From Nibricoccus sp. (lineage in GTDB: Bacteria; Verrucomicrobiota; Verrucomicrobiia; Opitutales; Opitutaceae), in assembly GCA_047602425.1 (NCBI GenBank), contig JASGHG010000001.1, positions 4,512,001 to 4,576,000 of the forward strand: a stretch of 64,000 nt of DNA, written 5' to 3'. Of the stretch, positions 9,615 through 19,868 are shown in pieces (within the stretch, counting starts at the first letter, position 1; every line of letters starts with the position of its first letter). Under the pieces are notes generated by a model, which worked only from the letters and a program-made list of their open reading frames with translations, was not told where the DNA came from and did no database searches. A program made the translations under genes and the position numbers.

Positions 9615-10919
9615 TCAGATCAAAAGGAGGGCCGGAGCCTCCAAAAGCTGTTTGAGCGCAGCGAGGAACTGGGCGCCGACGGCACCGTCGACCACGCGAT
9701 GATCGACCGAAAGGGTCAGCATCATGGTTTGGCCGATAACAATCTGGTCGTTTTTTACGACGGGCTTTTTTACCGTGGTGCCGACCGCGAGGATCGCGGC
9801 ATTGGGCGGATTGATAATGGCATTGAAACTTTCGATGCCCATCATGCCGAGATTGGAGACGCAGAACGTGCCGCCGGTGTAGTCGTTGGGCGCAAGTTTC
9901 TTGTCCTTGGCGCGCTTGGCGAGGTTTTTGGCCTCGTCGCTGATTGCGAAGACGGTTTTGAGATGCGCGTCGCGAACGACTGGCGTGATCAAACCATCTT
10001 CTATCGCCACGGCGAATGAGACGTGGGCAGCGCTATGGTGGCGGATGGCGGTGTTTTCCCACGAGCAATTGACCGCAGGCACCCGGCGGAGCGCCTCGGC
10101 GCTGGCCTTGAGAATGAAATCGTTGACGGAGAGTTTGACGCCGGATTTTTCGAGCGCGGTGTTGAGCTGGGCGCGGATTTCGAGAAGCGGGCCCGCGTCG
10201 ACTTCAATGTTGAGGTAGAAATGCGGAAGCTGCGTCTTCGATTCGACGAGGCGGCGGGCAATGGTGCCGCGCATGTTCGAGACAGGTATGGTTTTCTCTT
10301 CTTGAATCGGGCCTTTCGCGAACGAACTGGCGGACGGCGCGAATGACGCGCCGCCAGTCTGAAGTTTGGAAGTTGAAGTTTGAAGTTTGCCGCCGGTTGC
10401 AGCGGCGATTACGTCGGCGCGGACGATGCGGCCGCTCGGGCCGGAGCCCTGGATGGCGGCGGGATCGATGCCTTTTTCTGCCGCGAGTTTTTTCGCGAGC
10501 GGGGAAATTTTCACCCGCTGGCCGGGAGCCGAAGTGACCTCAGGATGAACGGCGGGAACCGCAGCCGGGGTTGGGGCGGGCAGGTGAGCGGGCGCTGGCG
10601 TAGAGGTGGTGGCTGGTTTGGGTTCGTCTTTGAAAACGGGTTTGGGCGCGCTGGGCGCGGGCACATCGGGGACGACTTCACCGGCTTTGCCGATCGCGCA
10701 AAGCGGAGCGCCGATGGCGACTTGTGAGCCGGCGGGGGCGTAGATTTTCAGGACGACGCCGTCGAAGAAGCATTCCAACTCCATCGTGGCTTTGTCGGTT
10801 TCGACCTCGGCGAGCATTGTGCCGCTTTTGACGGCGTCGCCTTCTTTTTTAAGCCATTTGACCAGCGTGCCCACGGTCATGGTGTCGCTGAGTTTGGGCA
10901 TGTCGATGATTTGAGCCAT
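9615..10919 (-). CDS. pdhC: Pyruvate dehydrogenase E2, dihydrolipoamide acetyltransferase
   Basis: Lipoyl domain ETDKA, E3-binding ISPLAKKLA/GSGPSGRI, catalytic DHRVVDG. Confidence 0.95.
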   Translation of the reverse strand: MAQIIDMPKLSDTMTVGTLVKWLKKEGDAVKSGTMLAEVETDKATMELECFFDGVVLKIYAPAGSQVAIGAPLCAIGKAGEVVPDVPAPSAPKPVFKDEPKPATTSTPAPAHLPAPTPAAVPAVHPEVTSAPGQRVKISPLAKKLAAEKGIDPAAIQGSGPSGRIVRADVIAAATGGKLQTSTSKLQTGGASFAPSASSFAKGPIQEEKTIPVSNMRGTIARRLVESKTQLPHFYLNIEVDAGPLLEIRAQLNTALEKSGVKLSVNDFILKASAEALRRVPAVNCSWENTAIRHHSAAHVSFAVAIEDGLITPVVRDAHLKTVFAISDEAKNLAKRAKDKKLAPNDYTGGTFCVSNLGMMGIESFNAIINPPNAAILAVGTTVKKPVVKNDQIVIGQTMMLTLSVDHRVVDGAVGAQFLAALKQLLEAPALLLI

Positions 10920-10924
10920 GGGAT

Positions 10925-11010
10925 GAAAAATGAAGAATCTAGAATTAAGAATGTAGAATTAGAAATGCGAGTACGTAGAAGCGGTTTTGGAATTCTACAT
11001 TCTGCATTCC
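10925..11010. repeat. Degenerate heptamer tract with a 13-bp inverted repeat
   Basis: AGAATNN-type units. AGAATGTAGAATT (10948-10960) is the exact reverse complement of AATTCTACATTCT (10991-11003). Confidence 0.7.
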
Positions 11011-11026
11011 AAGCTAGCGCGAGGGG

Positions 11027-12004
11027 TTACGCGAGTGCTTCGAGGGCGGCCTTGATCACACGTGTGGGGTTGGGGAGTTGTTCGATCTCAACGGGTGGGC
11101 TGTAGATCGCTGGCGAATCGACCGTGGTGAGGCGGTGGATTGGAGCATCGAGTTCGTCGAAGGCTTCGCGCTGGATCATATAGGCGAGTTGCGAACCGAC
11201 GCTGGCGAAAGGTTTTTGTTCTTCGACGATCAACACGCGATGCGTTTTGGCGACGGAGGCGAGGACCGTATCGATGTCGAGCGGGCGAATCGTGCGGAGG
11301 TCGACGATCTCGACCGAACGCTTGTGTTCTTTTTCGAGAACTTCGGCAGCCTTGAGCGAGTGGATGACCGAGCGGCCATAAGTGACAATGGTGAGGTCGG
11401 TGCCTTCGCGTTTCACGTCGGCCTTGCCGAGCGGGATGAGATATTCTTCGGTCGGGACTTCGCCTTTGTCGCCGTAGAGGATGGTGTTCTCCAGGAACAT
11501 CACCGGGTCGTTGTCGCGGATGGCGGTCTTGAGCAGGCCCTTCGCGTCGTACGGTGTGGCGGGTACGACGACCTTCACGCCGGGATGATTGGCGAGGACG
11601 TTTTCAGGCGTGTGCGAGTGCGTGGCACCGACGTTGGTGCCACCGTTGGCCGGTCCGCGGATGACGATCGGAACGTTGATCTGGCCGCCGGACATGTAAC
11701 GGACGTTGGCGGCGTTGTTCAGGATCTGGTCGAACGCAACCGAGTAAAAGGACCAAAACATGAGCTCCATCACGGGGCGCACGCCGAGCATCGAGGCGCC
11801 GACGCCCATGCCGATGAAACCGGCTTCAGAAATGGGCGTATCGACGATGCGCTTGGGGCCGAATTTGGCGAGCAGGCCCTCGGTGACTTTGTAGGCGCCG
11901 TTGAACTGGGCGACTTCCTCGCCCATGACGACGACGTTGGGATCGCGCTCGAGTTCCTCGGAGAGGGCGTGACGGATGGCTTCGCGGTAAGTGATGACGG
12001 GCAT
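11027..12004 (-). CDS. pdhB: Pyruvate dehydrogenase E1 beta subunit
   Basis: ITYREAI, GEEV, DTPISEAGF, HSH, DLRTIRPLD. Confidence 0.95.
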   Translation of the reverse strand: MPVITYREAIRHALSEELERDPNVVVMGEEVAQFNGAYKVTEGLLAKFGPKRIVDTPISEAGFIGMGVGASMLGVRPVMELMFWSFYSVAFDQILNNAANVRYMSGGQINVPIVIRGPANGGTNVGATHSHTPENVLANHPGVKVVVPATPYDAKGLLKTAIRDNDPVMFLENTILYGDKGEVPTEEYLIPLGKADVKREGTDLTIVTYGRSVIHSLKAAEVLEKEHKRSVEIVDLRTIRPLDIDTVLASVAKTHRVLIVEEQKPFASVGSQLAYMIQREAFDELDAPIHRLTTVDSPAIYSPPVEIEQLPNPTRVIKAALEALA

Positions 12005-12018
12005 CGGTGGAAGAAAAA

Positions 12019-12115
12019 GGTGATGTGTTATTGGTGATGGGTGACAGGTGGGAGGCGATGGGTAATAGATGATAGGTAATGGGAACCTATAACCTGTTAC
12101 CGATGACCCATGACC
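12019..12115. repeat. Degenerate heptamer tract (GGTRATR-like units and complements) between pdhA and pdhB
   Basis: GGTGATG/GGTGACA/GGTAATA/GGTAATG units followed by complementary-type ACCTATA/ACCTGTT/ACCGATG/ACCCATG units. Confidence 0.55.
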
Positions 12116-13222
12116 TTATTTATCGAAGAAGATTCGGCCTCCGGAGGTTTTCTTGTCGGGATTGTCGACTTCCCAATAGACGTCTTTTTGGAGGTCTTCG
12201 GTGGTTGGGAACGGGCTGGCCTCCGCGAAATCCGCGGCCTGGTCGGCTTCGGCGCGGGCTTCCTGGTCGATTTGCTCGGCGAGGGCCTCGGTGAGAACGC
12301 CGGCCTTGATCAACGTTTGTTGGAAAAGATTAATGGGATCCTTTGTACGCTGGTAGTCCTCGATTTCGTCGCGCGTGCGGTAGGTTTTGTCCGGATCGGC
12401 GACGGAGTGGCCGCGGTAACGGTACGTGTCGATTTCGACGATACTCGGCTTCGATTGCTCGCGGGCGAGCGTGAGGAATTTATCCATCGTGGCGCGCACG
12501 TCGTAGAGATCGTGGCCATTGCAAGTGCCCCAAGCCATGCCGTAGGCGCGACCGCGTTCGGCGAGGCCGAAGCCCGCGGAGGAGCGTTCCTGGCTCGTGC
12601 CCATCGAGTAGCCGTTGTTTTCAATCACGAAAACGCAGGGCAAATCCCAGAGCGCGGCGAGATTATAGGACTCGTGCACGGCACCTTGGTTGACCGCGCC
12701 GTCGCCCATGAACGCCATGGCGGAACCTTTCTGGCCTTTGTACTTCACGCCATAGGCGAGACCGAGACCGAGCGGGATCTGGCCGCCGACGATGCCATGG
12801 CCGCCCCAAAAATTACGCGAAGGATCGAAGTAATGCATCGAACCGCCCTTGCCCTTTGAGCAACCAGTGACCTTGCCATAGACTTCGGCCATGAGCGGCT
12901 TGGTGTCCATGCCGACGGCGATGGCGTGGCCATGATCGCGGTAGGCCGTGATGACATGATCGTGCGGCCCCATCAATGAGCAGCAACCGACGGCGACAGC
13001 TTCCTGTCCGATATAAAGATGGAGGAAACCGCCAATTTTTTTGGCCTGATAAGCGCGCAAACTGCGTTCTTCGAAACGGCGAATGCGGACCATCTTGCGA
13101 TAAAGTTCGATGCGCTCCTCGGGCTTGAGGTTGGCATTGATGGGAGCCAAATGGCTCTGCTCAGTGCCGGAGGCGGGCGGTTCGGCTTTTTTGTTGGGAG
13201 TGGCGGAGGGTTTTGTACTCAC
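12116..13222 (-). CDS. pdhA: Pyruvate dehydrogenase E1 alpha subunit
   Basis: GFLHLYIGQEA, GKGGSMH, TPP motif GDGA...N, YRYRGHS. Confidence 0.95.
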   Translation of the reverse strand: MSTKPSATPNKKAEPPASGTEQSHLAPINANLKPEERIELYRKMVRIRRFEERSLRAYQAKKIGGFLHLYIGQEAVAVGCCSLMGPHDHVITAYRDHGHAIAVGMDTKPLMAEVYGKVTGCSKGKGGSMHYFDPSRNFWGGHGIVGGQIPLGLGLAYGVKYKGQKGSAMAFMGDGAVNQGAVHESYNLAALWDLPCVFVIENNGYSMGTSQERSSAGFGLAERGRAYGMAWGTCNGHDLYDVRATMDKFLTLAREQSKPSIVEIDTYRYRGHSVADPDKTYRTRDEIEDYQRTKDPINLFQQTLIKAGVLTEALAEQIDQEARAEADQAADFAEASPFPTTEDLQKDVYWEVDNPDKKTSGGRIFFDK

Positions 13223-13337
13223 GAGAAAATTGTTCGGCGAAGGGGCTTATTTTTTACCGAAACCCTTCGAGATCAAGATCGAGCTCCCAACTAGTAATTC
13301 TGCTCACGTGGAAAACGCGAGCGCAGTTTTATCGCTA

Positions 13338-13868
13338 CTACCGGAGCTTGGCGTCATCGGAAGGACGCGGTGTGACTTCTTCTATTTCAACTAGTAGCGG
13401 ACTTCCGGGCCTGCAATCGGCTCGCAGCGCCACGAAATGATCGCGATGGTATTTGTCGTAGATCGGCCAGAGTGCGGTGCGATCGGTCTCGGGTAGCGAA
13501 AGTGTATCCACCGCGGCACGACTGAAAAAGCCAAAGTGTCCCTCATCGATCGTCGGTGGAAGATGGGGAATGGGTTTTGTGCACTGAAACAGAAACAACA
13601 ACCAGTGACTCTGTCCCTCGTAGGCCTTTTCGGAAATCATGCCAAAGAGATGCAGGTCGCTCGCGACGATTTTGAAGCCGGCTTCCTCCTCGGTTTCGCG
13701 CACGGCACATTCGAACGGCGATTCGCCGATTCCTGTTTCAACTTTTCCACCGATAGGGCTCCAGTTTCCCAAATTCGGCATCTTCGCGCGCCGGATGAGC
13801 AGCTGCTCGCCTGCGGCATTTTCAATAAAAACGAGAACGGCGAGTTTGTGCGAAAGGACGGTGCTCAT
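13338..13868 (-). CDS. NUDIX hydrolase
   Basis: Nudix box GGKVETGIGESPFECAVRETEEEAG. Confidence 0.85.
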   Translation of the reverse strand: MSTVLSHKLAVLVFIENAAGEQLLIRRAKMPNLGNWSPIGGKVETGIGESPFECAVRETEEEAGFKIVASDLHLFGMISEKAYEGQSHWLLFLFQCTKPIPHLPPTIDEGHFGFFSRAAVDTLSLPETDRTALWPIYDKYHRDHFVALRADCRPGSPLLVEIEEVTPRPSDDAKLR

Positions 13869-13920
13869 GAGTGGTACCCAGCAGAAACGCCCTTCGCGAA
13901 AATCTCAACATTCACATCCG

Positions 13921-14370
13921 TCATTTCGGCGATTGGCGATACGCCGTTTCGCTCGATATTTGAACGACACCGTTCTTTCGGAGAATCTCCAAAACCTCGA
14001 TTGAAGTTTTATAGTTCGTGCTGCCGCTGTCCTGGAGCAACACTTTGGTTGTTGGCCCAACAATATTCGGAGCCTGTTTTTCGAATTCGGAAACGCTCAT
14101 CGTCTTGCCGTCCATCGACACGCGGTCGGCTTGTATTTCGATAGTGAGGCTGGATCCGTCTTTCCCGGGATTTTGTGGAGGGGGAATGTCGACCGAGACG
14201 GATTGAACTTTGTTCAAAGACGCTGCGAAACTTTCCACAAAGGATTTCATAAACGCATCGTCGATTACGATGGGTTTCCCGGCCGAACGCTGTCGGACGA
14301 GAAGCGCAACGATGACGATTTGCAGGAGAAAAATTCCTGCTAGCAGCCAAGTGTTGAGCTTGTTGCTCAT
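13921..14370 (-). CDS. ExbD/TolR-like protein
   Basis: N-terminal TM, VDIPP, LTIEIQADRVSMDG, and C-terminal YKTSIEVLEILRKNGVVQIS resemble the ExbD periplasmic fold. Confidence 0.55.
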   Translation of the reverse strand: MSNKLNTWLLAGIFLLQIVIVALLVRQRSAGKPIVIDDAFMKSFVESFAASLNKVQSVSVDIPPPQNPGKDGSSLTIEIQADRVSMDGKTMSVSEFEKQAPNIVGPTTKVLLQDSGSTNYKTSIEVLEILRKNGVVQISSETAYRQSPK

Positions 14371-14380
14371 GGTATAAGCT

Positions 14381-14902
14381 TTAAAGCTTCGGCGACTCTG
14401 AGGGCGACGGCGCGATCGGGGCGGTGCCGCTGTTTTCAGCTGGGGCCAATTGAGCCTCTTGCAACGCCGTGCGCAGGCCGATGGCGCCTTTCACAATATA
14501 GAAGAGCGCGAGGCCATGGAACGCGACAGACATGAAGTCGCCAAAATAAAGATAGATCAACGCGTCGCCGGCATAAACCACTGCTCCGACGATAAAGGCC
14601 CAAAAATGCCCGCGCAGCGAAAGGAGGCCCATCAGAAAAAAGAATCCGAGCGCCACCGCATCAATGGCGAAGGCGATGGCTTTTACCGATTGGAACAACG
14701 CGTCGGCCATCAGCGTGAGTCCGAGACCTACTACAAAGCTGGTGTCGCTGCCACTGTGAATCAGCACGGTATTCACGAGCGAAAGACCGGCGATCCACCA
14801 GAACCATTTTGCGCCATTTGCGACACCGGGCGTGGTTTCGACGGCGACCTTTTTGTCTTCGGCGGTCAATTGCTGGGGCTGGACGAAGGGACTTTCGGGC
14901 AT
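14381..14902 (-). CDS. Hypothetical membrane protein
   Basis: Several hydrophobic helices. Start placed at ATG 14902 (MPESPF). Confidence 0.65.
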   Translation of the reverse strand: MPESPFVQPQQLTAEDKKVAVETTPGVANGAKWFWWIAGLSLVNTVLIHSGSDTSFVVGLGLTLMADALFQSVKAIAFAIDAVALGFFFLMGLLSLRGHFWAFIVGAVVYAGDALIYLYFGDFMSVAFHGLALFYIVKGAIGLRTALQEAQLAPAENSGTAPIAPSPSESPKL

Positions 14903-15059
14903 GGGGATGGGCGGGTTGAGTTGGAGTAGCGGCGCTTGCCGCGAATGTCGCAAAGAAATTGGTTCGGCTTTCACTTGTCGAGCCGATAGCTCAGCCGAAC
15001 CGGTAAGAATATTGTCATTTCGAGTTTGCGCCGGGCTGCGGCTGGGGTTCGCTGGGCGC

Positions 15060-15947
15060 ATGGCAAAATGGCTTTTGGTCGACGGCTTCAATCTCGCGTA
15101 TCGTTGCTTCTATGCGATTCCTGAGCTTACGCGCGCAGACGGTTTTCCCACCAATGCACTGCACGGCTGGGTGAAGTCGCTGTGGAAATTTGAGGATCAG
15201 GAAAAGCCCGCCGCCACGCTCGTCTTTTTCGATCTCGGTGGCGCGCAGGACAAACTTGCGTTGCATCCCGAATACAAGGCCCACCGGGAAGACATGCCCG
15301 AGGCGCTCGTGAAACAATTGCCGTACGTAAAACTGCTCACGCGCGCGATGGGGCTTGTCGGTATCGAACAGGACGGCGTTGAGTCTGACGACTTGCTGGC
15401 CGCCCAAGCTGTGGCGCTCGCGAAGCTCGGCCACGAGGTGTTGATCGTGAGCGCAGACAAAGACTTTGCCCAGATCGTCGGCGGGGGCGTTAAAATTCTT
15501 CTACCACCCCCCACCGCTAATCCGAAGCTGGGCTGGCGCGTCATGGATGCAGCTGGCGTCCAGGAAAAGTTCGGTGTGCCACCCGCGCAGATCGCGGACT
15601 ACCTGGCGCTCGTCGGCGACACCTCGGACAATATTCCCGGGGTAAACGGCGTCGGGCCAAAGACCGCGTCGAAGTGGCTGCAGCAATACGGCTCGCTCGA
15701 AGGCGTGATCGCGCACGCGGGCGAATTGAAGCCCGAACGTTTTCAAGAGGCCGTCCGAAACCAGACCGAAGGCCTAAGACGCAATCTGAAGCTCACCACG
15801 CTCAATCTTTCGCTGCCCACAGTCTCGGCCGAAAAGCCCGCGATGGAAGCGAAGGAACTCTTCCGCCTTCTCGGCGAATTGGAGATGAAAGGCTGCCTCG
15901 CCGAAGCCCAACGCCGCTATGGTTTGGGGCAAGGGGAGTTGTTTTGA
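15060..15947 (+). CDS. Stand-alone 5'-3' exonuclease / flap endonuclease (PolA N-terminal-like)
   Basis: LLVDG, YKAHR, ESDD, SADKD, GDTSDNIPGVNGVGPKTA (H3TH). No polymerase domain follows. Confidence 0.9.
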   Translation: MAKWLLVDGFNLAYRCFYAIPELTRADGFPTNALHGWVKSLWKFEDQEKPAATLVFFDLGGAQDKLALHPEYKAHREDMPEALVKQLPYVKLLTRAMGLVGIEQDGVESDDLLAAQAVALAKLGHEVLIVSADKDFAQIVGGGVKILLPPPTANPKLGWRVMDAAGVQEKFGVPPAQIADYLALVGDTSDNIPGVNGVGPKTASKWLQQYGSLEGVIAHAGELKPERFQEAVRNQTEGLRRNLKLTTLNLSLPTVSAEKPAMEAKELFRLLGELEMKGCLAEAQRRYGLGQGELF

Positions 15948-16017
15948 GGTTTTACTCGCTAATGAACCTTCACAGGTCCGTTCGTAGCCGGTGTGGCGGA
16001 TACAGGTGTAGGCGTTA

Positions 16018-16752
16018 CTAGTTGGTAGGCTTTTTTATTAGTCTAACCTCACTAGCGGGGATGATCACTGTATCTTTTTCTGTATCTGGTAGAAAAAGCA
16101 CAAATTCAGAGTAGCGGCGAAGTAGCCGGCCAGCTGACACTTTGCCTGACGCAAGTTCCACTGTGTCTACTCCCTTCTTGCTAGATGCAGTAATCGCGTC
16201 CTGCTTTCCGCTACCGTAAACGAAAAGCACGACTCCAACGATGGCCCAAACGGCAAATAGCAGTCGCGGCGGAAACTTTTTCTGCAGGCTATCGCGTGTA
16301 ACCAAAAACCCAGCAACTGACAGCCAAACCAAAACGTAAAGGTTATGGACGAACGGTCGAATGAACTCTGCATTAGCAACGATTGCGATCAAAAGCAAAA
16401 GACCGATCACCAAAAACATGTAGTCTGGTGAGCGTCGAATTTTGCGCCATAGCTCCGGATTGCCGGTTTGGCGCACAATTTCATCTTCGGATCTTCCTCC
16501 TTCTATATAACTGGTAGACGTCTCTAGGAAAAAGATGCCGGCGAATCCCACAAACAAAGGAGGTGCCCACGCGGAAGCTGACTTAATTAAATCATGAGGA
16601 TTGAGTGAAAGAACGGTCAGGCTAACTCCGGCACCGCTTGCGAAGCCATACTCATAGGCCAAGGAAACACAGGCGATGCCCGCGCCAGCAATCCCGACAA
16701 GACTAACCGTATCTGCTATGCTAGGGGGCTTCATGGTTAACAAATTGGTCAA
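16018..16752 (-). CDS. Hypothetical multi-TM protein in visibly AT-richer DNA
   Basis: 244-aa ORF with about 5 hydrophobic segments. Start uncertain (ATG MKPP alternative). Confidence 0.6.
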   Translation of the reverse strand: MTNLLTMKPPSIADTVSLVGIAGAGIACVSLAYEYGFASGAGVSLTVLSLNPHDLIKSASAWAPPLFVGFAGIFFLETSTSYIEGGRSEDEIVRQTGNPELWRKIRRSPDYMFLVIGLLLLIAIVANAEFIRPFVHNLYVLVWLSVAGFLVTRDSLQKKFPPRLLFAVWAIVGVVLFVYGSGKQDAITASSKKGVDTVELASGKVSAGRLLRRYSEFVLFLPDTEKDTVIIPASEVRLIKKPTN

Positions 16753-17012
16753 TCCACATTCAGCTTAACTTGGCTTTCTGCGACAGCGCCGATTTTAAGG
16801 AATACAATTCCATTGGGATAAGCTTTTAGTGGTGCTTTATGAAATAAGCTCCTACGAGGTTTCAGGGGCGGTCGAGTATTGATAAAAGACAAGCGAGACT
16901 CTGAAAGTCGAGCGGATTACATGGTCGATTTATTACAGGTTCATTTGGTTAGAGTGTGAAAATATGGAGTTCTGTGGCCGGAGAAGCGTGTGTAGGGCTT
17001 TGCATGTACATG

Positions 17013-17040
17013 AAAAAGCCCGCAGTTTCCTGCGGGCTTT
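17013..17040 (-). terminator. Intrinsic terminator downstream of rho
   Basis: AAAAA-GCCCGCAG-TTTC-CTGCGGGC-TTT on plus, i.e. a GC stem then T5 on minus. Confidence 0.75.
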
Positions 17041-17069
17041 GGTGAATTGACGAAGGTTCGACTCGGGGC

Positions 17070-19082
17070 TTAGCGGTTGAGTCCCATGAGGAATTCGGCG
17101 TTGGTCTTTGTCTTCTTGAGGCGGGTGATGAGCATTTCCATCGCCTCGACCGGGGGGATGCCTTGCATGGCGCGGCGGAGGCCGTAGATGCGGAGCATTT
17201 CGTCGGGATGGTAGATGAGCTCTTCCTTGCGCGTGCCGGAGCGGTCCATGTTGATCGCGGGGAAAATGCGTTTGTCGACCAAACCACGATCCAGGTGCAA
17301 TTCCATGTTACCGGTGCCCTTGAATTCCTCGAAGATAACTTCGTCCATGCGACTGCCGGTATCGATCAGCGCGGTGGCAATGATCGTGAGGCTGCCGCCG
17401 CCTTCGATGTTGCGGGCTGCACCGAAAAAGCGTTTAGGCTTTTGCAGCGCGGTGGCTTCCATACCGCCGGACATGATCTTGCCGGAGTTGGAGGCAAGGG
17501 CGTTGTAGGCGCGGGCGAGACGGGTGATCGAGTCGAGCAGGATCACGACGTGCTGGCCGGCTTCGACGAGGCGGCGGGCTTTTTCGCCAACCATCTCGGC
17601 GCAGTGCACGTGGCTCTCGGGCGCTTCATCGAAGGTGGAGCTGACGACTTCGCCCTTCGTGTGGCGTTTGAAATCGGTGACTTCCTCGGGGCGCTCGTCG
17701 ATCAGCAGAAGGATGAGTTTTGCCTCAGGAAAATTGTTCGAAATGGAGTTGGCCATGTTTTGCAACAGGACCGTTTTGCCGGTGCGGGGCGGGGCGACGA
17801 TGAGGCCGCGTTGGCCGAAGCCGACGGGCGTGAGGATGTCGACCGCACGCATGGAGATGTCTTTGTGAATCTCGGGCGCTTCGAGAAGGATGCGCTGGAG
17901 CGGGTAGTAAGGGACGAGGTCCTCGAAGGGTTTTACCTTGGAGATTTCGGCCGGTTCGAGGCCCATGACCTTGTCGACACGGACGACGGACGGGCAGCGT
18001 TCGTTTTCCTTTGGAGCCTGGACCAGGACTTCGACTTGGTGGCCGCGTTTCAGACCCCACTTGAAAACAAGACTTTCAGGGAGGTAGGCATCTTCTGGAT
18101 ACAGGCGGTAGTTGACGGCCTCGTGAACGATGAAGCCATGACCCTTGTCGGTCATGTCGATCCAGCCGCGATCGAGAATCGGGCGTTTCGCGGCTGAGAG
18201 TTGTTTGAAAATCTCGGCTAGGACCTGTTTGCGGTTGGGCGCGCCGTCGAAATTGACGCCGAGGCGACGGGCTTCGGCGGTGAGTTCGGCGAGGTTGAGC
18301 GCGTAAAGTTTGTCGAGATAGACGGGTTCGCCTCCGCCCGAAGTGATATCGGTGGCGGTGGTTTCAAGGGCGGCGAGATCGGCGAAGTTGGCGGGATTGG
18401 GCAGATCGCCATAATGTGGCGTGAGATCCGGCGGGGGCGGTTGTTGCGGGAACTTTGGCTCACGCGGTTCGCCACCTTGTCCGCCTCCCTGTTGCCAGGG
18501 GCCGCCGCCATGGCGACCACGCTGGCGGTTCTTTTTATTCTTTTTCCAGTGAGGCTCGTTGCCGCCGTGCTGGCCGTGTTGTCCGTGCTGGCCATGGTTT
18601 CCGTGTTGCTGCCGTGGCGGGTGCTGGTGGCGTTGCTGCTGTTGCGGTGGTTGTGGCGAAGCGGAATCGGAGGACGGGGCCGCAGGAATCTGGTTCTCGG
18701 CGGAGGTTGGAGCGCTTTTTTCGGCGGGTGTTTCAGATGCCGGAGGTGCGTCGGACTTGGATTCGCTTTCAGGCTTGCTGCTTTCGGCGGGTTCGTCGGG
18801 GTCGAAGCTGTAGCGTTTGGGCTCGCTTTCCTCGCGAGCGGGAGGAGGGGGCGTCGGGGTGAAAATTTCGGCCGGTGCGGTCGCGGACTTGGGCGACTCC
18901 TCGGCAACGGGCGCGGATTCCAGATTTAATTCCGGGGTTTTCTCCTCGGACGCAGCGGCGGCTTTTTTCTTGCTGGTGGTGCTGCGGCTGCGTGTACGGG
19001 TGGCGCCGGTTTTTTTGGCGGCGGTTTTTTTGGCACCGGATTTTTTCACGGTGGGTTCGTCGTTAAGATCAGAGTCTGCCAT
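17070..19082 (-). CDS. rho: Transcription termination factor Rho with a long low-complexity N-terminal extension
   Basis: [47 protein letters not shown]. Confidence 0.96.
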   Translation of the reverse strand: MADSDLNDEPTVKKSGAKKTAAKKTGATRTRSRSTTSKKKAAAASEEKTPELNLESAPVAEESPKSATAPAEIFTPTPPPPAREESEPKRYSFDPDEPAESSKPESESKSDAPPASETPAEKSAPTSAENQIPAAPSSDSASPQPPQQQQRHQHPPRQQHGNHGQHGQHGQHGGNEPHWKKNKKNRQRGRHGGGPWQQGGGQGGEPREPKFPQQPPPPDLTPHYGDLPNPANFADLAALETTATDITSGGGEPVYLDKLYALNLAELTAEARRLGVNFDGAPNRKQVLAEIFKQLSAAKRPILDRGWIDMTDKGHGFIVHEAVNYRLYPEDAYLPESLVFKWGLKRGHQVEVLVQAPKENERCPSVVRVDKVMGLEPAEISKVKPFEDLVPYYPLQRILLEAPEIHKDISMRAVDILTPVGFGQRGLIVAPPRTGKTVLLQNMANSISNNFPEAKLILLLIDERPEEVTDFKRHTKGEVVSSTFDEAPESHVHCAEMVGEKARRLVEAGQHVVILLDSITRLARAYNALASNSGKIMSGGMEATALQKPKRFFGAARNIEGGGSLTIIATALIDTGSRMDEVIFEEFKGTGNMELHLDRGLVDKRIFPAINMDRSGTRKEELIYHPDEMLRIYGLRRAMQGIPPVEAMEMLITRLKKTKTNAEFLMGLNR

Positions 19083-19162
19083 GATAAATGATAGATGAAT
19101 GCGAGAAATTTTAGGGCGTAAAAGCGCGCCACAGGGGAGGCTTGGGGAAAGCCAGGGAGGCG

Positions 19163-19747
19163 TCAGCGGCCGGCCCGGAGTTCTGCGACCAGTCGGTTGA
19201 CTTGGTCACGCAGAAATTCGGGTGAACCGTCGTTTAACAATACGTAATCAGCGAGCTCAATTTTTTGCGCCAAGGGCAATTGCTTGGAAATTCGTTGCTC
19301 GGCGAGCGCTCTGGGGAGGCCGCGCTCTTCTAGCCGTGCGAGTTGAAGCTGCGAGGTTGTGGACACGCAGACGGTGAAATCAAACCAATTCTCCAAATGT
19401 TTTTCGAAGAGCAGGGGAACTTCTACAACATGGTCAAGTTCAGGGTGCGCCTCTAATTTTTCACGAACCAGGACGCGCAATCGCGGGTGGGTGAGTTCCT
19501 CCAGCCAGGTTAGAGCATTGGCATCCGCAAAAACGATTTTCGCAACCGCCGGCCGATTGATGCGTCCGTCGGTACCGATGGCCTCTGACCCGAATTTCAG
19601 TCGCAGGGCGGCGATGACTTCAGGTTGGGCGTGGACCTCGTTTTTGATGACTTCGTCGGTATCGATGCGGCGAAATCCCGCTTCGACGAAAAAGCGGGCG
19701 GCGGTCGATTTGCCACAACCAATACCACCGGTGAGTCCAAGCAACAT
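19163..19747 (-). CDS. coaE: Dephospho-CoA kinase
   Basis: [22 protein letters not shown]. Start at ATG 19747. Confidence 0.92.
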   Translation of the reverse strand: MLLGLTGGIGCGKSTAARFFVEAGFRRIDTDEVIKNEVHAQPEVIAALRLKFGSEAIGTDGRINRPAVAKIVFADANALTWLEELTHPRLRVLVREKLEAHPELDHVVEVPLLFEKHLENWFDFTVCVSTTSQLQLARLEERGLPRALAEQRISKQLPLAQKIELADYVLLNDGSPEFLRDQVNRLVAELRAGR

Positions 19748-19868
19748 GATGAACGTGAAAGCGCCAGAGATTGGGCTTGCGAGACTTAGACGCAAATCAT
19801 TAGTCACAAGCTGCCGGCAAGAAATCTGGCCTGAAAACGGCTAGGGGCTTTCCGGTTTTCACCCCAGC

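Noticed and set aside
14961..15001. Inverted repeat GGTTCGGCT...AGCCGAACC between divergent genes
   Set aside because: 9-bp arms with a long loop, no U tract and a single occurrence; too weak to assign a function.
15950..16780. Integron cassette around the AT-rich orphan gene
   Set aside because: A minus-strand GTTAAGC exists upstream of the gene, but no convincing paired attC arms or integrase were found.
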